The notes: a model not told the origin generated them from the letters alone. Counted from the whole stretch's first letter, positions 24,183 to 38,261 are shown. The stretch: 63,972 nt of DNA, filler included, from Octopus bimaculoides (GCF_001194135.2; 6 parts of 6 records of this genome joined end to end with filler, not necessarily neighbours in it); one strand, 5' to 3'. Numbers and translations are program-made.

Positions 24183-24846
24183 AAATATATACATAGTGAT
24201 GTTTCTATTTATTTAAGTACATAGACAAATAGATAGATTGATAGATAAATATACAATGTGTACGTATAAATGAGTTTATAAGGGGCGCGTCTACGTGTGT
24301 ATGCGCATGTAAATGAGTGTATGTATGTCTNNNNNNNNNNNNNNNNNNNNNNNNNNNNNNNNNNNNNNNNNNNNNNNNNNNNNNNNNNNNNNNNNNNNNN
24401 NNNNNNNNNNNNNNNNNNNNNNNNNNNNNNNNNNNNNNNNNNNNNNNNNNNNNNNNNNNNNNNNNNNNNNNNNNNNNNNNGCATATGCCATATCTGCTTG
24501 TTAATTTAATGTAGTTAATCACTATGGTATGAAAATAATTCAGAAATAAAATTACATCTGCAGACTCAAGCGTGTATGTATGTATGTACGTAAGTACGTA
24601 TGTATGTATGTATGTATGTATGAATATATGTATGTATATATGTATGTCTATGTATATATGTATATATGTACGTATGTACGTATGTACGTATGTATGTATT
24701 TATCTATGTACGTATGTACGTATGTATGTATTTATCTATGTATGTATGTATGTATGTATGTACGTATTTATGTCTGTCTGTCTGTATTTATGTATGTACG
24801 TATGCATGCATGCATGCACGTATGCATATATGCATGTATATACTTA

Positions 24847-25843
24847 CGAGGGGTACCCAAAAGCAACCGGAAACGTTCTCTGTGGAACAAACCCGTCGTA
24901 TTTCAGGCTTTCACCGCTAGAAGACACTTGATGCGACCCTCAGGCATCAGTATGCTGACTTGCGTCATTGAGGGTAGTCCTACAGCCATTTGGTGCGTCT
25001 TTGTTTTGCAGTACTTCTTCCCTGTTCGACGATGTTTGCGATAGCACAAAAGCGAAGGAACTGCGTGCTTCCGTGAAATTCTGATTCCTGCTGGGGAAAA
25101 CGGCGGCCGAAACAGTTGTTATGCTTTAAACAGCTTACAAGGGCGCTGCCATGAGCAAAGCACAAGTTTACGAGAAGTTCTCACGCTTTAGGAATGGTCA
25201 CTTGTCGCTTGAAGACCAACTTCGTTCAGAGCGTCCGTCGACCTCTCGAACGAATGAAAACATGAAAATTCGTGAAGTTGGATTTTGAAGGATCGTCACC
25301 TAACATTCGACGAACTTGTTGATATGACTGGTTTGTCCTGAGCTCCTGCCAACGAATTTTGAGGAAGGAGTTGTAATTGAAAAGAGCTACAGCAAAAGGT
25401 GTGCCTCGTTTGCTCGAAGAAGATCAAAAGCAGTCACGACTGAATGTGTGTTGTGAACTGAAAGAACGGTTGGAAATTGATCCGGACCTTTTCAAGCTGG
25501 TCCATTTCAAAGCTGGTGCTACGGAATTTTCAAATGTGGAAGAGGTGCCGAAAAAAAACGACGGAGACATTAAAAGGCATCACTCCGCATGAGTTCCAGC
25601 ATTGTTACGAATAGTGGAAAACGCGCTTGAACCGTTGCATTGCTTAAAATGGTGAATACTTTGAAGGCGATAAAACTATAAACTTGTAAAAGCTAAGCGA
25701 ATAAAATAATATTGTAAAATTCTAAAGAAAAAAACGTTTAGGAAGGTATAACAATGCACTATAGAACAAAAAATGGACTATATACCTGTTGTAACTTGGT
25801 AAACTATAGTTTAAAATTCTAGTTTCTTTTGGGCAACCCCCGT
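24847..25843 (+). mobile_element. Internally deleted mariner transposon with both TIRs and TA duplications
   Basis: Left TA-CGAGGGGTACCCAAAAGCAACCGGAA, right TTCTAGTTTCTTTTGGGCAACCCCCG-TA. N-terminal ELRASVKF*FLLGKTAAET..RFRNGHLSLEDQLRSERPSTSRT and VPRLL motifs, C-terminal RCIA*NGEYFEGD. DD34D core missing. Confidence 0.95.
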
Positions 25844-26059
25844 ATGTATGCGGGCACGTATCCCTAAATTGGTTTAATTGTGAAGTATTGGTGCTTCTCT
25901 AATAATACTTAAAGCTAAGAATGTTCCCCTACGTAGATTGCGTCAGTTACCAAATTTAGTGTTATATCATGATACGTAGATATGACATCTACACTGAGTC
26001 TTTATTTTTTTAATAACCCATCGTGTTTATCTAGAGGGTGTTATTAAAATATAGACGTA

Positions 26060-26250
26060 GGTTTCTTTACAGTATAGCTGTTCAAGTGCTCACCCAATAT
26101 TTCATCTATGCTCCGAGCTGTTTCCGCTATATAACTTACCGGGAGGTTAACAAATAATACTTCTTATCATGTTATACGGCATACTATATTTCTTACAATG
26201 CCGTTAATATGTCAGTTCGTGACACACAGGTCGCGAATTATTTCCGGGTA
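26060..26250 (-). mobile_element. Possible GIY-YIG remnant of a Penelope-like element
   Basis: Minus frame SYIAETARSIDEILGEHLNS resembles YIGET.R....R..EH. Highly decayed. Confidence 0.35.
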
Positions 26251-26849
26251 TACCTGTTAAAACGATAACACTTATAAATAATTCAGCTGATATTCCCATA
26301 TGTACTTTTTCACGATTTAAATTCCTAAAACTGTTAATCCTTGCACTACTGGTTATAGCATATACACGTTTTTCGCAATCAACATATGTCCGTTGGTATA
26401 CCGTTAGTATACTACAATGATGATTTTAGTTCGCTTATTATTGGCTCTAACTACACTTTTCGAAGATTTGTTTCGATGTAAAGGTTATACTGCGTCTACC
26501 ACATATTAAAGAGCCTTTTTGTTCATTTTAAATACTCTGAATGTCTTGTTTCTTCAGCGGGAAGCAGATAAATGCATGGTTAAGTAAAACGCGCTGGATA
26601 TTCTTCCATCAATCTTGTGAGTGGAATATTTACATTTTCCACATTTTCCCACGTTATGTACACTCGGTCGGCCAATCAGGATAAATGAAATGTTACTAGC
26701 CAAACAAGTACAACACCGATATATCTGCGTTTATGTGTGTGTGATGTGTGTGTGTACGTGCGTGCGTGATGTATGGTGTGTGCGTGTGTTTGTGTACATA
26801 TACATATATACATTCATATAAAGGTGCGTGTGAAATATCTTTATACATA

Positions 26850-27195
26850 TGCTGGAGCACCGCCTCAAAGTGATTTAGTCGAATGTATGGACCCCAGGAC
26901 TTATTCTTTGTAAGCCTAGTGCTTATTCAATCGTTCTGCTTGACGAACTCGCCTTAAGTTTCAGGGACACACCAGCATCGGTTGTCAAGCGATGGCAGAG
27001 TGACACAAAGACACATACATACATACATACATACATACATACATACATACATACATACATACATGCGTATATATACGACAGGTTTCTTTCAGTTTTCCAT
27101 CTACCAAATCCACTCAGAGAGCTTTCGTCGGCCCAGTGGGACTGAACTCAGAACCATGTGGTTGAGAAGCAAGGTTCTTACCACACGGCCATGCC
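26850..27195 (-). mobile_element. SINE family A with central (CATA)n and internal deletion
   Basis: Family tail, body and head, with the gaggctatagtagaagacacttgccc block missing. Confidence 0.85.
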
Positions 27196-27196
27196 T

Positions 27197-27241
<45 letters not shown>

Positions 27242-27251
27242 NNNNNNNNNN

Positions 27252-27290
<39 letters not shown>

Positions 27291-27918
27291 ATGCCGATTA
27301 TATATGTATAAATACTAAATACGTCCATGTGTATTATATATATAAAATATATATAGGTATAAAGATGTATGTATTTAGTTATACATAGATACATATCAAC
27401 ACAATAGCGCACACACAGACACAAGCACATACACACACATGCGTGGGTGAGTGTGTATGTGTGTTAAGTAATTCTTTACGTTAACAAATTAAACGCATAT
27501 CCATACGTACAAAGTACGCCCTCCATACATATACATATTACATAAACACACACATACACAAGCACGTGCGCACGCACCCACACACACATATATATATTAA
27601 CACACAGATGTATATATATATATGCATAGATACGTATATATATATTTCTATATATACGTGCATACATACAGGGGAAAAAGTAAGAGGAGTGGAGAACGAT
27701 AGGGAAGGTGAAGTGTTTTCATAGTTTCAGCCTCCCATCCTGGGTCACGGTGAAGTAACCAGTTGATTGGACTGAGGATCAATATTAACGCAGACATAAT
27801 GGCTAGCAGATCTCTTTAATGAAAGAACCAAACACCTCAACCTTTCGCTTCTTCACCAATTTCCATCTCTCTCTTTGCAATCCCCGCCACCACCACCACC
27901 ACCACCACCACCACCACC

Positions 27919-28018
27919 NNNNNNNNNNNNNNNNNNNNNNNNNNNNNNNNNNNNNNNNNNNNTTAATTAATTAANNNNNNNNNNNNNNNNNNNNNNNNNN
28001 NNNNNNNNNNNNNNNNNN
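27919..28018. other. Artificial scaffold join: 44 N + TTAATTAATTAA + 44 N
   Basis: Linker at 27963-27974. Confidence 0.95.
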
Positions 28019-28050
28019 CGTTGAGCCCTGTGTGGCTAATAAAAGAAATG
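28019..28050 (+). mobile_element. 3' terminus of the same Tx1-like LINE, followed by (TATC)n to about 28206
   Basis: cgttgagccctgtgtggctaataaaagaaatg is 32/32 identical to the reverse complement of 22787-22818. Confidence 0.85.
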
Positions 28051-28056
28051 TATCTG

Positions 28057-28207
<151 letters not shown>

Positions 28208-28331
28208 CGCCTGCCCGCCTGTCTAGCCGTTCTGTTTGTCTTTCTATCTGTCAATCAATCAGTCTATATTAAGTTTTTGCCTCTCTCTTCGCATTCACAT
28301 ACCGTTGCACGGGCGCGCCTGTAGATGAATA

Positions 28332-28386
<55 letters not shown>

Positions 28387-28759
28387 ATCTATCTATCTAT
28401 TTTTATGCCTGTCTGTCTGTCTGCCTATCTGTCTCTTCACATTTTGAATGCACGGGCGCGTGTTTCTATGTGTATGTCTATGTGTGAGTGTATGCGTGTG
28501 TCAGAGGGAGAGAGAGAGAAAGGAGAGAAAAAGGCAGACAGACAGAGTAACAGAGACAGATAGAGAGAAAAAGACTGTGTGTAGATGTGTTCGTATGTAT
28601 ATATACCTATATATACATATATGTGTGTATGAGTATGTATGTATATTCGTAGAAGTATGCGAATATTTTTGAAGTTATTTCTGCTTACTTTATCTCTTTT
28701 AATAGTAAAGAAACACAGGAACTAGCATTAAAAAAAAAACACCACTAACTATTGGCCGC

Positions 28760-29240
28760 TCACAGCTAGAAGTCTCACAGCACTTCAGAGATGACGGACC
28801 GCATTATCACTGATGATCTCTCGTCGTGAAAGAACGTCCTTTGCATAGCTAGGACTGCATCTCTAAGACTAACCCTTCTCTTAAGTGTCAGAAGACATTT
28901 TAGCACCCAAAAGCTGCTGACACTCTACAAGGTTCAAGTTAGGCCGTCATCGAGTGGGACTGCTACGACACATGCTGATATCCTCGACTGCATTCATAGA
29001 GGGGCTACTGCAGCCCCTAGCCCACATGTATGTTATATCCACGCTTTGTCTTTTTTATCACTATTCTAATCTTTTCTGCTTCTCAGAGCTGGCTGTTCTC
29101 GTAGCTCCATTCCTTAGAACTTCGACGTTCTGAAGGCGTTGACATTTTAAATGGAACATTAATAACAACAATCTCTATCGGCCTCAGAAGGCCTGTAAGG
29201 GCCATGGGATCTTCCCCTTCCTCCTTCTACGGAAATATCT
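28760..29240 (+). mobile_element. CR1/Jockey-group LINE, degraded RT C-terminus and 3' UTR
   Basis: IITDDLSS*KNVLCIARTASLRLTLLLSVRRHFSTQKLLTLYKVQVRP resembles I.DDLSW..HI..IA..AS..L..L.R....F....LL.LYK.QVRP. Confidence 0.7.
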
Positions 29241-29924
29241 ATGCCTATGCAGTTCTGTCGTCAGATTTTGGTGCCTGGGGATGCTCCAAAATATTTTGCG
29301 TGGGCACTAATTTGTAACAATGCAGAAGTGAATTTTTTGAAATAAGTGTATCATTGAACATTTGAGGGTGGGCCATTGAATAGTGAGTGACGCAGAGCCG
29401 TCCAATGCATGCCCTTGGCGACGGATATGTGCTTACGTAATGCGAGTGACGCTGAGATGTTTCCAGTCGCATCAAAGCATATAATACTATTCATGCATTA
29501 TGTGGTTTCCTAATCGAATTTTCAACTATGACTGATCAAGTCTATGCAACCGGTTGTAAAGTTTTAAAAAATTTACTCAGATGATATTGAGCTAGAATCC
29601 GTGTCACTGCTATTTCACTTCAAAAATTTTGATGAACAATTTGATGACTTCAGTTAGAAGTATGAAACATTGCAAATTTCTGGTATCAACTGTATTAAAC
29701 TATGTAATAGACAGTGACAAAGATTAACTTCGTTATTTCCCGCCTTTGGAATATCTCAACAGTTCCATTTGTGTTTAATGATTAATAAAGGGATTGGGGA
29801 AAGGAATGTCTTCAAGACGGAGTGTGTAAACGCTCTATTGTAAGACTGGCACATGAATCACTAAACACATAAGTTCTCATATATACATAGCTTTCATCTT
29901 TTACCTATTTGAGGCATTTCCCTG

Positions 29925-30197
29925 TAGCCACCGCCTTGAAGGATTTTTGTCGAAGAGATCGATACCACCACCGGTTGTCAAGCAGTGTTGGGGCTCAAAC
30001 ACAAAGACACGCACACATAGATATAAATATATGCATATATACAACGGGCTTCTTTCAGTTTCCGTCAACCAAATCCACTCACAAGGCTTTGGTCGGTCCG
30101 AGGCTACAGTAGAAGACACCTGGCCAAGGTGCCACGCAGTGGGACTGAACCCAGAAGAATGTGGTTGGGAAGCAACCTTCTTGCCATACAGCCATCC
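29925..30197 (-). mobile_element. SINE family A, internally shortened 3' half
   Basis: Family body and head, CpGs largely intact. Confidence 0.85.
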
Positions 30198-30339
30198 CTT
30201 AACTGGTTTTTCACGCTGACTACTAGATAAATTCTTAAATAGATTTTAACCTTGTAATAATTATATATATGTATATATAGATATAAGAGACCAAAGTGTA
30301 CGTACGCTGCTATATATATACATATATAAAATGCAATAT

Positions 30340-30462
30340 GGGCCAAGAACGCAAAACATCCCGACAGTTAGGTGATACAAAAAAGGGACAACAAAACATC
30401 CAAATAGACGATACAAAGAAAACTAGGACGGGTCATTCGGAGTTTTCTTTCCTCAGTCGATT
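30340..30462 (-). mobile_element. Unclassified repeat end, possibly a Penelope-like pseudo-LTR
   Basis: Minus strand ctgaggaaagaaaactccgaatgacccgtcc followed by a T-rich tract, similar in layout to 49302-49425. Confidence 0.3.
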
Positions 30463-30968
30463 ATCTTTGCAATTTCGGCTGGTTATACTCGAGATTGCTC
30501 CAATCTGGCCAGCCCACTACATGCCTGAAAAAAAAATTAGACACTCCCATGTCTTTGGTGATGGACTTCATTGACTTGGAGGGATCAATGTCAATCATGA
30601 CCTGGATCTCACCAACAAATTCAGGAATTATTTTCTTATCAGAACGATCAGGGTGAGTTTTCCGAGCTGCCATACCTTCGCAATCACCATTAGATTCATC
30701 CAACTCTTTCCGAATCCTCTGCACTGTCCATAGATTGACACCCGAACACTCCGAAATGTTCGTATTCGACCTTCCGGTGCGTATGCCAAGCAGTACAGCT
30801 TGTCGTTTCCAAATGTCTGGCTGAGTGAATTGGGTAATGGTGCTCTTTTTCTCATAGAGGGTGCCAACTGACCCTACCATATTGTGTAGTCGACAAAATC
30901 AAATGGAAACAAGACGCATGCATGAAATTAAAAATATACGATTGCGACAATTTACCCATCGCATCCTG
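30463..30968 (-). mobile_element. Tc1/mariner (maT/DD37D-like) 5' end with HTH-coding region
   Basis: ORF 30461-30880: KRQAVLLGIRTGRSNTNISECSGVNLWTVQRIRKELDES..IDPSKSMKSITKDMGVS. TIR-like CAGGATGCGATGGGTAAATTGTC at the right end. Confidence 0.75.
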
Positions 30969-31443
30969 TGTATCATATATATATACACTCACAAACGCGA
31001 TCAAAGCCCCCTAAATTAATTTATTTTTATATGCATAATGGCAGAAGCACTGACATCATGGAAAAAATAATCTGTTTGTATTGCATTTAACAACGACGTT
31101 TTTTCTAATAATTTTTAATTTAATAAACGACATTTGTTTTCTTCAATAAAATGCAATTTTTACACACAGTGACGCTAAATTAGTTTTTTCAAAAGAGTTA
31201 CGTCTAATTTCAACTTCTCGTACGCGTGTGTTCTATAAACACACAGACACACACAGGAACACAGACTCCCAGACGCACACACACACACACACACATACAC
31301 ACATACATATATGGGCGTGTAACGCACGGTAACGCACACATCTAGGCACGCATAGTTATATATCCAGGCATACATATATATATGTGTGTGTGTGTATCGG
31401 TGTGTGTATGTCTTTCTCTCTCTGTCTCTCTCTGTTTCTCTCA

Positions 31444-31518
<75 letters not shown>

Positions 31519-31664
31519 TCTCTCTATATATATACACGCACGTACACACTCTCACTCACACACACACACATAATGTAACGCACACATTCATCTCTACAAA
31601 CGTATACACATACATAAATACATACAAACATATATGCATACAAACATATAAATACGGAGAGAAG

Positions 31665-31703
<39 letters not shown>

Positions 31704-31959
31704 GATGATGATGATGAGGAGGAGGGCGACGACGACGACGAGAAGGAGGAGGAGAGTAAAGGAAAGAAAGAAAAATCTGACGAAGAAAGACAGAAAAAAA
31801 AGAACATAAACAGAGAATGAATGAATGAATGAATGAAGGAATAAAGGAAGGAATGAGAATATTTGAATGAAACTAAACGACTGAGTGGAATCATAGATGA
31901 CAGATGACGTCTGCCAGAATGTTAGCGGAAAGAACTTCAAGATAGAAACGAACAAACAA

Positions 31960-32110
31960 TTAAACACCTGCCATGTCAATTGTCAGATGACTTCCGGGAA
32001 AATTCAGTATGATCATGTGACTCTGACGTCACTGCAATGAAAGCCGTACGCAGAGATCCGACGACGACGGAACAAAAGACGAATTGGCAGGTGAAACGGC
32101 GAACATTTAA
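31960..32110. promoter_or_regulatory. CpG-rich cluster of TF motifs (candidate promoter/enhancer)
   Basis: CACCTG 31965, CAGATG 31984, ACTTCCGG (ETS) 31990, TCATGTGAC (E-box) 32013, TGACGTCA (CRE) 32024, CAGGTG 32088. Confidence 0.4.
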
Positions 32111-32114
32111 GTAG

Positions 32115-32152
<38 letters not shown>

Positions 32153-32306
32153 GGGAGGAAGCGAGAGAAGAAATGGAGGGAAGAAAGTGTTAGGGAGAAA
32201 GTGAAAGGAAAAGGTAGGAGGAAAAGGGAGAGAAAGAGAGAGGAAAATTAACTGCATTAGCAAGAGAAGCACCGCCAACGGTAACAGAGTCGGAGCGGTG
32301 TATACT

Positions 32307-32344
<38 letters not shown>

Positions 32345-32701
32345 AGCATAATCAGTAACGATTACATTGAATGCGTTAGTCGAAGAAATCTGTGTACGTG
32401 CGTATATATCTCTAAATATCTCTGTGCATACATATGTGTATACGTTTATGTTTGTGTGAGTGTATATCTATGTGTGTATGTGCGTGTGCATCTATGTGTG
32501 TTTGTGTGCGTGTGTGTGTGTGTGGGGGGGAGCGTGTATGTGTGTACGTGCGCGCGGAGTGTCACGATGTTTGAAGAAGCAACAACAGGAGACAGCAATT
32601 AACAGTCTCTGCTCAGAAGTCATTCTGTTATGTTAGGTGCCATTTTATATGTGTTCTTTTTTTTGTGGCTGGATGACAGTATGATGATGACCAGGAGTAG
32701 G

Positions 32702-32741
<40 letters not shown>

Positions 32742-33689
32742 ACAAACACACACACACACANNNNNNNNNNNNNNNNNNNNNNNNNNNNNNNNNNNNNNNN
32801 NNNNNNNNNNNNNNNNNNNNNNNNNNNNNNNNNNNNNNNNNNNNNNNNNNNNNNNNNNNNNNNNNNNNNNNNNNNNNNNNNNNNNNNNNNNNNNNNNNNN
32901 NNNNNNNNNNNNNNNNNNNNNNNNNNNNNNNNNNNNNNNNNNNNNNNNNNNNNNNNNNNNNNNNNNNNNNNNNNNNNNNNNNNNNNNNNNNNNNNNNNNN
33001 NNNNNNNNNNNNNNNNNNNNNNNNNNNNNNNNNNNNNNNNNNNNNNNNNNNNNNNNNNNNNNNNNNNNNNNNNNNNNNNNNNNNNNNNNNNNNNNNNNNN
33101 NNNNNNATGCATGCCTGTATACATACATACATACATACATACATAAATACATACATACATGCATGTATACATACATACATGTATACATACATACCAACAT
33201 GCATGTGTACACACATACATACACACAAACATACATGCATACTTGTATACATACATGCATGCATACATACATACATGCATACATACAAGCATAATACCTA
33301 CAAACATGCATACATACATACATACATACATGCATACATACGTGCATATATGCATACATACATGCGTACATACATACATGTATAAATACATACATACATA
33401 CATACATACATACATACAGCTACATATATGATATAGCATTTCGTCAAAACTGAAAGTATAAAAATATATCCTGCGGTCGATTTGTTTGATTAAAATTTTA
33501 CAGGGCGGTGCTCCAGTATAACCGAGGCCTAATGAGTGAAACAAATAAAACATGCATACTTACATATATACATCGACATCCATTAATATATATGTATATA
33601 TTTATACATAGTTATATACGAACACACATGATAGGACGTCTGTCGATTTTGACGATAATCCAGCAAATGGTAAAATATTCTTTTCTATT

Positions 33690-33895
33690 CTAGGCACAAA
33701 GCCGGAAGTTTTGGGGGAAGGGGCCAGTCGATTAGATCGACTCCAGTACGCAACTGGTACTTAATTTATCGGCCCCGAAAAGATAAAAGACAAAGTCGAC
33801 CTCGGAAGAATTTGAACTCAAAACGTAAAGACAAACGAAATACCGCTAAGCATTTCGCCCGGCGTGCTAACGTTTCTGCCAGTACACCGCCTTCA
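33690..33895 (-). mobile_element. SINE family B, full length
   Basis: Head ggcggtgtactggcagaaacgttagcacgccgggcgaaatgcttagcggtatttcg and 3' cccccaaaacttccggctttgtgcctagaatagaaaaga. Confidence 0.9.
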
Positions 33896-34240
33896 AACTC
33901 CAAAATATTAAATGAATGAATAAAAGAAAGACCGATATGTTGAAAACAAAAGAAGAATATGCCAATTATTTTCTCGTTCTTCCTTTGGTAAACAATGAAG
34001 AAAGTGACTTGTAACATATAGCAACTCAGGGAGGACGCTTCAATACAGGAGACCAGAGAATCAAAACTGTGTTATATACTCCATGCGGAAGTTACAGATG
34101 TGAGAGTATTTTATTGTCAAAAATGCGGTACCACCACTGCCGCAGAGGCACGATGACTACAAGAAGCTTCAGCCATCAGTGAGCAATGAAAACTAAGACT
34201 TACTATGCAGCGCTTTAACAAAAGACCTAGTTACGTGGAA

Positions 34241-34646
34241 TGTGGAGAGAACTGCAATAGCACCGGTTTAAACTACACCTTCTGGATCCTTGATCTAAAG
34301 AAATGACCGTTTCATGATTGAAATTCTGAAGTAAACGCTAACCACCACCACAAAAATCCAGCTGTTTAGTCGCGCGAGAAACCAGAAAGTCGCGGGACAG
34401 ACCAGAAGCGGGCGAGACAGACGAGAGTTAGATGAGACAGACGAGAGCAGACGAGACTGACCAGAAGCAGGCAAGACAGGCCAGGAGCAGGCGAGATAGA
34501 CCAGAGGCAGGTGAGATAGTTTTACTCCAAGGATTACGAGGTTCTTGTGCTGATGGAAAGACATTGATATTATTTATCCTGGTCATGTTGACTGAGAGAC
34601 AGAGTAATCATTGTAAACCCTGACAGCCCGCGCCGTCCGCACCACA
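34241..34646. mobile_element. Possible solo LTR with internal purine-rich imperfect repeats
   Basis: TGTGG...CCACA termini and internal gac(c)aga(a)gc(a/g)ggc(a/g)aga repeats. No matching target-site duplication. Confidence 0.35.
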
Positions 34647-36004
34647 CATGTTAGGCTCAGATATGTTTACAGAGAAACAAGTGATTCTTCTTTAGATCTT
34701 TTATTGGAAACAAATTTTCTAATGTAGAAAGAACGTAGGATAATTTGAACATGGTCGGCAATCCACATGCTTTCTATTTCATTGCAACCATGGAATGGCA
34801 GTCAATTTTGTGCTGTAGGATTTATTGAATTCCAAATAGAACTTAAATTCTTACACCCATCAATAAATTAGGATTTTTATTGATGGGAAGTTTTTACAAG
34901 ACACCTTTATTATATTTCACACGTACAAATATGTTAGCTTTCTCTCTCCGGTTCTCTGCTATCCTCCTTGCTCTGTCTCTATAGAAACATTGCCAAGCTT
35001 TCAACTTCCCACATGTCAGTTCTAAATGATACTAACTTATTTTATATTTGGTCTCAAACCAACTAAGTGGTGTATGTTGTATTGGATGAAATGTATAGAC
35101 AATAGATGTGCGGAAGTAAACATTTCAATTAACCATGCATGTGTACATCTAATGGCGAGGGATGTAATATATCCGATTTAATTCATTTCAATGACATTTT
35201 ATGTAAATACAATGAAAAATAAAACTCCCTGTACGGATGTGTATGTATGTTTAAAAGCGTTGATGTAAATATAATGGCTATCTAAAAGAGAATTTCAGAA
35301 GATTTCAGTGTTGAGATAGCGAATCTGCGATCTAGTGGTTGTGGTGTATTAGTGACTTCGCGCTAATCAGTTGTGCCGCCTTTCTTTGGATTATGACTGG
35401 TATGTTTATGTATGTGACAGCAGCAGCATCGATGTTGCGAGAATAGACCTCCATTTTGGGTCTCAAGTGATATTTTAGAATGTTAGCAATTGTCGGGAGC
35501 TGGAGTATTTTTTGGTTCCCAAGAAGGTTAATCTTTGTGATTGAGGCTATGCTATGTTGAGGCTGTGTGTTCGTTTTGTTAATTCGTTAGTGATAGTAAG
35601 GTCTGTCACTTTGAGCGACTACGAGGATTCCTACTGCATAGTGTCAAAGTTGAGGAGGAGAGAGTTCAATGTTTTCTTGAAATGTTTAGTGACTGTATTT
35701 GCGCTGTCAAAAGTAACAAGATCAAAGATCGTTACATCGGAGGTTTTTCCTTTCTATTTTTTTTTTCAGATCTTTGTTCATAAGAATCAGTGTAGTTTTG
35801 ATGCGAGGTATGTAAGTGGTAAATTTCAAACGCCTAATGTGTGAAGGTTTGGGACGAATGAAGTGTTAAATAAGGATTTTTCGGATTTGATAGAAAACAG
35901 ATACTTGAGATATAGTTTGTAGCAACAGGGTCAAAACAGAAACCTGTAACCCAGGGGAATTGATAGAGAATGATTCATGTGTGTGTGTGTGTGTGCGTGC
36001 GTAT

Positions 36005-36086
36005 GTGTGTGAAGTGTTTGTGTGTGTGAAGTGTTTGTGTGTGTGAAGTGTTTGTGTGTGTGAAGTATTTGTGTGTGTGTGTGAAG

Positions 36087-36095
<9 letters not shown>
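36005..36095 (+). repeat. 17-bp minisatellite (gtgtgtgtgaagtgttt)n within a GT tract
   Basis: About five copies read directly. Confidence 0.85.
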
Positions 36096-36126
<31 letters not shown>

Positions 36127-36176
36127 CGAAAGTTTGCAGTTAAAATGCCCAGAAGAGGCCACTGTTTATTTATTAT

Positions 36177-36276
36177 NNNNNNNNNNNNNNNNNNNNNNNN
36201 NNNNNNNNNNNNNNNNNNNNTTAATTAATTAANNNNNNNNNNNNNNNNNNNNNNNNNNNNNNNNNNNNNNNNNNNN
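36177..36276. other. Artificial scaffold join: 44 N + TTAATTAATTAA + 44 N
   Basis: Linker at 36221-36232. Confidence 0.95.
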
Positions 36277-37199
36277 TTTATATATATACAACATCAAGTT
36301 CAAAAATGTACATCATGTTCCAAAGATATGCCGTAGAACATATTCTTTAAGGTATTCCTTGCGCTTGCAACAAATATGCAAAAAACGTAACGTCACTTTT
36401 CACCGTAAATTCTACTGATTTATCTAAACGTATTTACACCTGTTTCACGCACAAGGTGTGTAAGCTCTAAAATATGTAGCTTAAATGTGTCAAATATATC
36501 TCAGAACACCTTATTAATATTTAATGTAATTGCACAAATAATTATATGAAATGATATGATTGTACTTGTCTCGATGTATTTGTGCGTTTATGTGAATTAT
36601 ATCTATCTCTGCAAATACGTGTGTGTGAGCTCGCGCGTGTAATCGTGTACGTACGTGCGTTTGTTTGCATATATGTATGTATAAACATGTATGTATATAT
36701 ATATGCGTATTAATGCATGCTTGTAAGCATGTATGTTTCAACATATATTTATATATTGCACGTATATTATTTAAGCATATATAATAACTATCCTTTCTAC
36801 TGGAGGCACAAGGCCACATATTTGTGGTTAGGGGACCAGTCGATTAAATCGACACCACTGTTTTACTGGGACTTAATTTATCGACGCCGAGAGGATGATG
36901 ATGAAGATGATGATGATGATGATGTTGACGGTAACAATGATAATGATAATATTAAAGCAATGATAATAATTTTTTTTTTCGACCATTTCTTTTATTTGAC
37001 ACAGTGCCAATAACAAGTTATTAAAATCCATTTATAATAAGCATTAAGTTCTCATATTTTTTGTGGTACGCACTATGAATTAGCTCTAAACAAATGCCTA
37101 AAAAAACATACTTGAAATTCTTTCGTGATGCATCGGTAGTGATTGAACCCAAAACTTATGATTATGCAATATTTACCATGTATATATGGGTAGCAAATT

Positions 37200-37400
37200 T
37201 TTTCGCACAAGCCCAGCAATTTCGAGTAAGAGTGTAAATTGATTACACAGATACCAGTAATCTACAGGTTTTTATTTTTTCGACCACGTAAAGATGAAAA
37301 ACAAAATTGAGTTCGACAGAATTTTGAACTCAGGACATAAAGACGGACAAAATGCTGCTAAGCATCTTGCTCCGGCATACCAATAATTCTGCCCGTTTTG
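37200..37400 (-). mobile_element. SINE family B, old diverged copy
   Basis: ttgaactcaggacataaagacggacaaaatgctgctaagcat aligns to the family head. Confidence 0.7.
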
Positions 37401-37844
37401 CAGCATTTTACTATATTGCCAAAATATAGTATCTGCTAATTTTTGATATATTAAAAAATTTCAAAGCATTCTATTCAGATAGTTAAATTTTTGCTGGGTG
37501 TGTGTGTATATATATATATATTTATATGTATACATANNNNNNNNNNNNNNNNNNNNNNNNNNNNNNNNNNNNNNNNNNNNNNNNNNNNNNNNNNNNNNNN
37601 NNNNNNNNNNNNNNNNNNNNNNNNNNNNNNNNNNNNNNNNNNNNNNNNNNNNNNNNNNNNNNNNNNNNNNNNNNNNNNNNNNNNNNNNNNNNNNNNNNNN
37701 NNNNNNNNNNNNNNNNNNNNNNNNNNNNNNNNNNNNNNNNNNNNNNNNNNNNNNNNNNNNNNNNNNNNNNNNNNNNNNNNNNNNNNNNNNNNNNNNNNNN
37801 NNNNNNNNNNNNNNNNNNNNNNNNNNNNNNNNNNNNNNNNNNNN

Positions 37845-37898
<54 letters not shown>

Positions 37899-38261
37899 AA
37901 TATGTACAATTATGTACAAATTTATACAAATATATAGAAATTCATACATATATAAATAGAGAGAGACAGATAGATATATATACATATATATATATACATA
38001 AAAAATATATACGGAGAGAGAGGGAGAGTGAGAGGAAGAGGCAGAAAGAGAGAGAAAGTAAATACGTAAATAGATACATATATAAATAAATATGGAGATA
38101 GAGAACTACAAAAATACTGGTAAATAAAAAAGAAAAGCATAACTTGGATGCAGCACTAGAAAGAAGACACAATAATTATTTTTACGCTCAGAGAATTTCA
38201 TACATCCATATATACATACTGCCATACATACATACATACATACATACATACGTACATACAT

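Noticed and set aside
28809-28835. CTGATGA...GAAA hammerhead-like string
   Set aside because: Stem II cannot pair and it lies inside the CR1-like RT remnant.
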